Source: an uncultured delta proteobacterium
Lineage (GTDB): Bacteria > Myxococcota_A > Polyangia > Polyangiales > B10-G4
Reading direction: 5' to 3'
Assembly: GCA_963727445.1 (NCBI GenBank)
Contig: CAVSGI010000021.1
Location: 224,001-288,000, forward strand
Length of the DNA: 64,000 nt
Under the pieces are notes generated by a model. That model did not search any database. It was not told where the DNA came from and saw only the letters and a list, made by a program, of their open reading frames with translations. Both the position numbers and the translations under genes were made by a program. How positions within the stretch are numbered: position 1 is the first letter of the stretch; each line of letters begins with the position of its first letter. This document shows positions 57,728 through 64,000 of the stretch, one piece after another.

Positions 57728-58537
57728 TCAGCGGGCGCGGACGGTCGTCACGTCCAGCTCGAGGACCAGGCTTTCGTCCTGCACGAACTTCTTCCAACGT
57801 TCCACCACGTCCTGTTGCAGCGACTGTTGGCGTTCCGCGCCGGCTGTGGCGACCATCCCCGCGAGCGGCGTGCTGTGCACGTACTGCCACAGGAACGCTT
57901 CGGGCGGAGGGAGCGCGAGCCGCTTCCCAGACTTCTGAACGTCCACCTCCGTGAAGCCCGCGCTCTTCACGAGCGGCGTGAGCTGGTCGGGGTCGTGCAG
58001 CGAGAACACCGCCCCGACGAAGCCTCCACACTCCGGCGCGATGTGCTCCGCGAGCGCACTCTGGAGCTCCGCGAACGGCGCCGGTGTCGGTCCAGGGAGG
58101 TTGAGCACCAGGCGCCCGCCGGCAGCGAGCAGTCGGCGCATCTCCTCGAGGGCGCGCTTCTTGTCGGCGACGAACTGCAAGCCCATCTGACACAAGACGA
58201 CGTCGAAGGACGCGTCGCTCAACGGCGTCGCCTCGATGCTCGTCTCGTACCAGTCGATCGCAGCGTCGTCGGGCGCGGCGGCCCGCGCGACCGTCAGCAT
58301 GCCGGGGTTGATGTCCAATCCCGCCACGGTGCCCGTGCTCCCCACCCCTTTCGAGGCCAGCCGCGCGACGACGCCTGTGCCACAAGCCACGTCCAGGACC
58401 CGCTCGCCGTGCTTCAGCGCCGCCGCTTCGACGAGGTCTGCGGCCAGGGGCGCTCCGATGCTGGGCACGAAGTACCGCTCGTAGTTTTCGGGTCCGGTGC
58501 CCTGATAGTCGCTCGCGTCAAAAGTTGCTCGGGCCAT
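57728..58537 (-). CDS. Class I SAM-dependent methyltransferase
   Basis: YERYFVP, VLDVACGTG, GLDINPGML, FDVVLCQMGLQF; GGAGGAG RBS. Confidence 0.92.
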   Translation of the reverse strand: MARATFDASDYQGTGPENYERYFVPSIGAPLAADLVEAAALKHGERVLDVACGTGVVARLASKGVGSTGTVAGLDINPGMLTVARAAAPDDAAIDWYETSIEATPLSDASFDVVLCQMGLQFVADKKRALEEMRRLLAAGGRLVLNLPGPTPAPFAELQSALAEHIAPECGGFVGAVFSLHDPDQLTPLVKSAGFTEVDVQKSGKRLALPPPEAFLWQYVHSTPLAGMVATAGAERQQSLQQDVVERWKKFVQDESLVLELDVTTVRAR

Positions 58538-58624
58538 CTCTCCTCCGTGCTGGGTGTATCTCCCATCACCGTAGAAGAGCGGCCAGCCGGCCGCATCGCC
58601 CGGATCAACCAGCACCGGTCGATT

Positions 58625-58672
58625 TGCCAATGGTCAAGATTGGCCAGAGGGCCCCAGAATTGACCATCGGCA
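58625..58672. promoter_or_regulatory. Inverted repeat, candidate operator upstream of the methyltransferase
   Basis: TGCCAATGGTCAA-N22-TTGACCATCGGCA, 12 of 13 match. Confidence 0.55.
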
Positions 58673-58686
58673 GAGCGCGCTCCGGA

Positions 58687-60330
58687 TCAGAGGAGGCCGT
58701 GTTCGATCGCGACCGCGCTGGCGGCCGTTCTGGAGCTCACACCGAGCTTGTCGAAGATGTTGCTCATGTGACGGGCGACGGTGTGCGCGCTGATCCCCAG
58801 CTCGCCCGCGATCCCCCGGTTGGTCTTGCCCACGGCCACCAGGGCGAGGACCTCGCGTTCGCGCTTCGACAACATCGCCAGCGCATCGTCGGCGGGCGAC
58901 GCGTCGCCGCGAGCCCGCGCCAGGTCCACGACCGCGCCCAACCTCTCGAAGATCGCGGCCGCCGCATCCCGGTGCAGCGTCGCCGTATCCGAATCGCCGA
59001 GCTGCTCGCAGGCGCGGGCGATGAGCACGCGCGTCCGCGCGGCCTCGTAGGGTGCATCGAGCTTCTGCCATTCGGTCCACGCTCTGCGCAGCGATGCGAG
59101 CGCGCCTCGCGCGTCCCCTGCGGCGAGAAGCACCGCACCCTCGGTGTGAGACGCGGACGCCGCCACCACCGGCGCATCCATCCGCCCTGCCATGGCGCTC
59201 AGCTCTTCGGAAGCGGCGCGCGCTGGGGATATCTCTCCCGCCTCGAGCATGATCTCCACGAACGGCCCCAGGATGCGCACACGCTGAAGTCCGGCGCCCG
59301 GACCCTGTGAGTCGCCGGCCTCCGTCTCGACTCGTCGAATCGACGCGGCGGCTGCGTCGGAGTCACCCTGCGCGAGGCGCAAGAGGGACGCGCCGGGCTG
59401 GGGCTCGAACCCGCGCTCAGCCGCCTTTCGATAGGCCTCCTCGGCGCGCTCGAGCTCACCCGTGAGGCGGTCGAGCTCGCCTCGTTGATAGAGCGCGCGT
59501 CCCATCAACGTTCGCGATCGCTTCGAGAGGAGCTCGCACGCGCGCTCCGCCTCGGCGCGCGCGGTGTGCCAGTCGCCCTTGAACAGCATGGCTTCGGCGC
59601 GGTGGACCAGGCATTGGCCGCGAAACGCGACCAGCTCTTGCTGGGCGCGGCACCACTCGTCCAGCGCGATCGTCCATTCGTAGGCGCGGTCGAGGTCGTG
59701 GGCGCGCTCGCAGGTGAGGATGACCGCGCAGTAGATGATGCCGGTCAGGATGGGAGACACTCGCCCCGACGTGACGGCCACCATCGCCTCGTCCAGCAAG
59801 CGAACGCCCTGTCGCGTTTGCTGCATCTGCATCAGCGCCTGCCCGTGGCCGAGCACACCGATCGCCAAGAGGTCGGCGTCGCCGAAGCGCTCGCCGAGGG
59901 CGGTGGCTCGTTCGAACGCGGCACCCGCCGTCTCGGCGTCGCCCTGAAACATCGCGAAGAGCCCACCCATCACGAGCACCAGCCCGCGCTCCGCGCACTC
60001 GTCCTGACGCCCCGCGAGCAATCGCTCGGTTCGCGACAGCCAGCCCGAGCTCTGCGCGCTCTTCCCGCTGAGCGCCAACGAGAGGCTCAACCAGAAGCCC
60101 AGTCTGGCTGCGCGCAGCGACTCGCCTTCGTCCACGAACGCGTTGTGCGCTCGGGTCCACGCGGCGACAGCCGCCTCGTCGTCGCCGATCAGGTAGGCGG
60201 CATTTCCGAGACGCTCCAGGTCGTCGGGCGGAAGGCCCGCCTCCGCGTCCGCGAGAGCGAGCGCTTCATACGCTGCTCGCCACCGCCGCTCTGCATATGC
60301 GTTTCGCCCCGCGTCGACCGCGCTCGCCAT
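58687..60330 (-). CDS. LuxR-family regulator with TPR-like sensory region
   Basis: GIIYCAVI..C..WT, FRGQCLVHRAE, PQPG..LLRL; LSKREREVLALVAVGKTNRGIA..TVARHMSNIFDKLGVSSR. Confidence 0.93.
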   Translation of the reverse strand: MASAVDAGRNAYAERRWRAAYEALALADAEAGLPPDDLERLGNAAYLIGDDEAAVAAWTRAHNAFVDEGESLRAARLGFWLSLSLALSGKSAQSSGWLSRTERLLAGRQDECAERGLVLVMGGLFAMFQGDAETAGAAFERATALGERFGDADLLAIGVLGHGQALMQMQQTRQGVRLLDEAMVAVTSGRVSPILTGIIYCAVILTCERAHDLDRAYEWTIALDEWCRAQQELVAFRGQCLVHRAEAMLFKGDWHTARAEAERACELLSKRSRTLMGRALYQRGELDRLTGELERAEEAYRKAAERGFEPQPGASLLRLAQGDSDAAAASIRRVETEAGDSQGPGAGLQRVRILGPFVEIMLEAGEISPARAASEELSAMAGRMDAPVVAASASHTEGAVLLAAGDARGALASLRRAWTEWQKLDAPYEAARTRVLIARACEQLGDSDTATLHRDAAAAIFERLGAVVDLARARGDASPADDALAMLSKREREVLALVAVGKTNRGIAGELGISAHTVARHMSNIFDKLGVSSRTAASAVAIEHGLL

Positions 60331-60438
60331 ATCCGATCCGTACTACATCACACAAAACCGCGGGCGGCATCGCTTGCGAAAGCGGATCGGCGATTTATCG
60401 TGCGCGCTCATCGATAGCTCCGAAGTCAGGAGGGCGTG

Positions 60439-60906
60439 ATGGAAACGCCCCGCTATGCGATTCGAGTACCCAAACAGGAAATCCTCCGAGCGAAGTGTCT
60501 CGAGCGAATCCTCTCACGCGCGATCCCCAAGAAGGGACCGGTGAGCCGCTCCGTCCTCGCGGCTTATGCGTTCCGCAACGACGAGGCGCTCTTCGCGCGC
60601 GAGCTGCTCACGCGCGCGACGCAGATGTGGCTCTTCCGTTCGAATCAGCGACGCTTCTGCGGAGACTTCGTGGTGGTCGACATGTCCGCTCCGTCGGCGG
60701 AGTCGCGCCGGGCGTGGGTCATCGACCTCAAGCGGGGCGCGCGCCTGAGGCTCGGCGGCGGTGGTGCCGGGGTCCAGCTCGTCAACGCTCCGACCGCGCT
60801 GGCGGAGATCGCCCACCGCACGGGCGTCCTCGCCCCATCGCCTCGGGCCGAGCGGGTGGTCGGCGATCGACGCGCCGTCTTGCGCCATCTCGGCGTGGCC
60901 GCGTGA
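60439..60906 (+). CDS. Hypothetical protein, possible PD-(D/E)XK fold
   Basis: GGAGG RBS; NDE..FCGDFVVVD..WVIDLK. Confidence 0.65.
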   Translation: METPRYAIRVPKQEILRAKCLERILSRAIPKKGPVSRSVLAAYAFRNDEALFARELLTRATQMWLFRSNQRRFCGDFVVVDMSAPSAESRRAWVIDLKRGARLRLGGGGAGVQLVNAPTALAEIAHRTGVLAPSPRAERVVGDRRAVLRHLGVAA

Positions 60907-60953
60907 GGGAGACACGGGACGCCGGCGGAAAACGCACCTATATTGGCGGCAGC

Positions 60954-62579
60954 GTGCAATCGCGGCCGGAGAAAATCATCAAGGATCTCACGGGGTGGTC
61001 CGGGGGGTCGGGCATCGCCGATGCCCGGGCCTTCCTCCAGGAGCGCGTCGCCCGCTACGTCAAGGTGGTCGTCGGCTTCCTGGCCACCTTCTGGATCGTC
61101 GCGCGCCTCGCCCATCTCGCCATCAGCTACGAGCTCTTCGTCGAGCAGGCGACGTCGCCGCTGTCGCTGATCCACCTCTTCCTCACCTTCGGGCTCGCCC
61201 TCGACTACATGTACCTGCGGCGAGGCAGGCGGAGCCTCCGCATCCTCCACCTCTACGAGTCCATCGGCACGGTGCTGATCATGGCGGTCGTCGCCTATCA
61301 GCTGACCCTGTTGCCGGAGGACTTCCCCGCGATGTCGACGCTGCCGGTGCTCATCCTGATCCTGATGACGCGCGCCGCAATCGTTCCTTCGTCGGGACCG
61401 CGCACGTTCGTGGTGGGGCTCGGCGCCACCAGCTTGATGAGCCTCGCAGCGTATGTCTCGCTCAGGCCCGGGGCACACGACCTCGACCTCTTCGGCCGTG
61501 AGGCGCAGAGCGGCGCGATCGCCTTCTGGGGTATCGCCTTCTCCTTCGCTGCGGCCATCACCTCCAACGTCATCTACGGGCTGACCGAGCGCGTGCGCAA
61601 GGCGCTCGAGCTCGGGCAGTACCGCCTGCTCGAGAAGCTCGGCGAGGGTGGCATGGGTGCGGTGTACCGGGGCGAGCACGCGCTGCTCAAGCGGCCCACC
61701 GCCATCAAGCTCCTTCCACCGGAGAAGGCCGGTGAAGCGGCGGTGCGTCGATTCGAGCGTGAGGTCGTGCAGACCAGCCGCCTCGCCAACCCTCACACGG
61801 TCGCGATCTACGACTTCGGCCGTACGCCCGACGGCATCTTCTACTACGCGATGGAGTACCTCGAGGGCATCGATCTGCAGGACCTGGTCGACATCGACGG
61901 CCCGCAGCATCCAGCGCGCGTCGCCCGGATTCTCCTGGCGGCCGCCGAGTCGTTGCGCGAAGCGCACGGAGTGGGCCTGGTCCACCGCGACGTGAAGCCG
62001 GCGAACGTGATCCTCTGCAATCGCGGCGGGATCGCCGACATGGTGAAGGTCGTCGACTTCGGGCTGGTCAAGGAGATCGACGACCTCGGGAGCGTCGAGC
62101 AGAGCGCCATTGGCCCCATCGCCGGAACGCCCCTCTACCTCTCTCCCGAGGCCATCTCCGACCCGGCGGCCATGGACGGTCGCGCGGACATCTACGCCCT
62201 CGGCGCGGTGGCCTATTTTCTGCTCACCGGATCGCCGGTCTTCGATCTCCACAGCGTGGTCGAGGTCTGCGCGGCACATCTGCACCAGACGCCGGTTCCC
62301 CCGAGCCTTCGCCTCGGCGAGGAGCTCCCGATCCCTCTCGAGAAGATCGTGCTGCGCTGTCTGGAAAAGGATCCCGCGGCGCGATTCGATGCCGACGAGC
62401 TGATGAAGGCGCTGCGCGCCCTTGCGCTCGAGCCCTGGACCGACGACCAGGCACGCGCCTGGTGGCGGAGCTCGAGCGACGCCATCGCGGCACATCGCGA
62501 CGGCAAGCGCCAGCAGGGGGGCGCGCACGGTGCCGTGACTCTCGCGCTCATGAGAGAGCGGGACTCCGAAGCGGCCTGA
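60954..62579 (+). CDS. Ser/Thr protein kinase with N-terminal multi-TM domain
   Basis: About 6 TM helices, then LGQYRL..LGEGGMGAVY, TAIK, HRDVKPAN, DFGL, GTPLYLSPE, DIYALG; start uncertain. Confidence 0.92.
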   Translation: MQSRPEKIIKDLTGWSGGSGIADARAFLQERVARYVKVVVGFLATFWIVARLAHLAISYELFVEQATSPLSLIHLFLTFGLALDYMYLRRGRRSLRILHLYESIGTVLIMAVVAYQLTLLPEDFPAMSTLPVLILILMTRAAIVPSSGPRTFVVGLGATSLMSLAAYVSLRPGAHDLDLFGREAQSGAIAFWGIAFSFAAAITSNVIYGLTERVRKALELGQYRLLEKLGEGGMGAVYRGEHALLKRPTAIKLLPPEKAGEAAVRRFEREVVQTSRLANPHTVAIYDFGRTPDGIFYYAMEYLEGIDLQDLVDIDGPQHPARVARILLAAAESLREAHGVGLVHRDVKPANVILCNRGGIADMVKVVDFGLVKEIDDLGSVEQSAIGPIAGTPLYLSPEAISDPAAMDGRADIYALGAVAYFLLTGSPVFDLHSVVEVCAAHLHQTPVPPSLRLGEELPIPLEKIVLRCLEKDPAARFDADELMKALRALALEPWTDDQARAWWRSSSDAIAAHRDGKRQQGGAHGAVTLALMRERDSEAA

Positions 62580-62628
62580 GGTGTTGCGCCGGAGCCGCTT
62601 CGGCTCCATGGTCTCGGCTTCCCCGCCC

Positions 62629-63519
62629 ATGCGCTTCCCCCACATCGCCTATGGCACTCCGCGCAAGCTGCCCAAGGCTTCGAAGCTGCCGGGGCGCGTC
62701 GTCGTCCTCGACGTCGCCTTCGCCTCCGAGGCGGGGGGCGTCAGCTTCGACAAGATCACCAAGAAGCTGATCGACGGCCTCGGCGATCGCCTGGCGATGT
62801 GGATCGATCACCACGACCACGCGCTCCAGGCGGAGTATTCGAAGGACCCGCGCTTCATCCTCGCCACCAAAGCGGAGCACGGCGCCTGTCCCGAGATGAT
62901 CACCCCCGAGCTGGTCGAACGCGCCGGGCCCATCGACACCATCTGCTGTCACGTGGACTTCGACGGGCTCTGCTCGGCCGCCAAGTGGATCCGCGGCGGT
63001 GAAGAACCCTATGAAGGCGCCGACGACGACGCGCGCGCCATCGACACCCGCATCGGCAAGCCCTCCGAGGTCGCGGCCGTCATGGACCGCGCCCTTCGCG
63101 CGCGTCCCCGCGACGACGCCCTCAAGGGATTGATCATCCGCTTCCTGGTCACGGGCGCCGAAGACCGCGGGCTCTTCGCGCAGGTCGAGAAAGCGGCCGA
63201 AGGGCTCGGGCGGATGGAGGACGAGGCGCGCCGGCTCGCCAAGGAGTACCGCTTCGTCGGCGACGTCGCCGTCGTCGACGCGCGCGAGCGCAAGGGTCCC
63301 TACGACAAGACGCTGCTGCTCCTGATCGGGCAGGAGCGCGCGCCGATCTCCGTGGTCCACGACGAGTCGGCGGTCACCGCCGCGGCCCGCTTCGACAGCG
63401 GTATCGACCTGCTTCGCATCCTCGGCCTCAGCGGCGGCATGCCCACCCGGGTGAGCGTCGCGCCCAAAAAGCTCGAGGAGACCCTCGAGCTGCTCAAGAA
63501 TCGCAAGAGCAGCGGCTGA
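62629..63519 (+). CDS. DHH-family phosphoesterase-like protein with rearranged motif order
   Basis: VVVLD, WIDHHDH, then CHVDFDG, AIDT, and a DHHA1-like SGGM tail. Confidence 0.75.
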   Translation: MRFPHIAYGTPRKLPKASKLPGRVVVLDVAFASEAGGVSFDKITKKLIDGLGDRLAMWIDHHDHALQAEYSKDPRFILATKAEHGACPEMITPELVERAGPIDTICCHVDFDGLCSAAKWIRGGEEPYEGADDDARAIDTRIGKPSEVAAVMDRALRARPRDDALKGLIIRFLVTGAEDRGLFAQVEKAAEGLGRMEDEARRLAKEYRFVGDVAVVDARERKGPYDKTLLLLIGQERAPISVVHDESAVTAAARFDSGIDLLRILGLSGGMPTRVSVAPKKLEETLELLKNRKSSG

Positions 63520-63520
63520 T

Positions 63521-63970
63521 TCAGGGACAGGTCGGCATGCAGGTGCCGAAGCCGAAGCCCGGGGCCAGCTCGCAGCACATCTGACCAGCTGGGCAGTCCA
63601 ACATCCCCGGGATACAGACCCCGGCGTCGCCCAGGGGCAGGCCGGAGTCGGTGACGGGAAAGCCGCTGTCGGTGACGGGGAAACCCGTGTCCGGGGTGCC
63701 GGTGTCGGTGCGTCCCGAGTCGAAGGGCGGGGTGCTGGTGTCCCGCGTTCCGGTGTCGACGCTGCCCGAGTCCCTGGTGGTGCTGGTGTCCGGCACGGCG
63801 GAGTCGAAGGGGGTCGCGTCCAAGAGGCTCGAATCCGTCGAGCCGTCGATCGTCGTGGTCCCGGTGTCGAAACGCCCGCCGCCGCCGCGGCGGTTGGTGC
63901 ACCCGAAGGTCACGAGGACGAGAGCCGAAGCCAGAGCGAGGAGCGAAAGCGAGCGGGGAAAGCGAGACAT
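63521..63970 (-). CDS. Small lipoprotein of D[ST]G repeats ending in a 6-Cys mini-domain
   Basis: VTFGC lipobox; repeated DTG/DSG/DTS; CIPGMLDCPAGQMCC..GTCMPTCP. Confidence 0.8.
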   Translation of the reverse strand: MSRFPRSLSLLALASALVLVTFGCTNRRGGGGRFDTGTTTIDGSTDSSLLDATPFDSAVPDTSTTRDSGSVDTGTRDTSTPPFDSGRTDTGTPDTGFPVTDSGFPVTDSGLPLGDAGVCIPGMLDCPAGQMCCELAPGFGFGTCMPTCP

Positions 63971-64000
63971 CCGTTCAAGGATACTCCCCTCACGGCCCGT

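Overview
High-GC, densely coding bacterial window with about 50 genes. It is most consistent with a Myxococcota (Polyangia/Sandaracinus-like) genome; this is an inference from a MYXO-CTERM-type protease tail, many Cys-rich lipoproteins, a DUF1592/DUF1552 pair and an ECF sigma/Ser-Thr kinase pair. I saw no rRNA, tRNA, CRISPR array, integrase or transposase. Content: signalling genes (hybrid histidine kinase, two Ser/Thr kinases, ECF, AraC, LuxR), a GldA/GldF/GldG/DUF4340 ABC operon, an ammonium transporter, a di-heme peroxidase, many exported hydrolases and adhesin-like lipoproteins, and several protein-modification enzymes. Five genes are broken by apparent single-base (+1) insertions and a sixth lacks a stop at its domain end, which most likely reflects long-read consensus errors. 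Best leads: (1) an ECF > amt > DUF1592 > DUF1552 run with a shared 12-bp upstream motif and 11-bp-periodic GAAAC repeats, facing a kinase; (2) a stand-alone aconitase swivel domain with its catalytic and substrate-binding residues replaced; (3) an orphan aKG-HExxH peptide-modifying enzyme; (4) a DHH phosphoesterase with permuted motif order; (5) an isoaspartyl methyltransferase with a lipobox. All family assignments come from motif recognition by eye; no searches were run.
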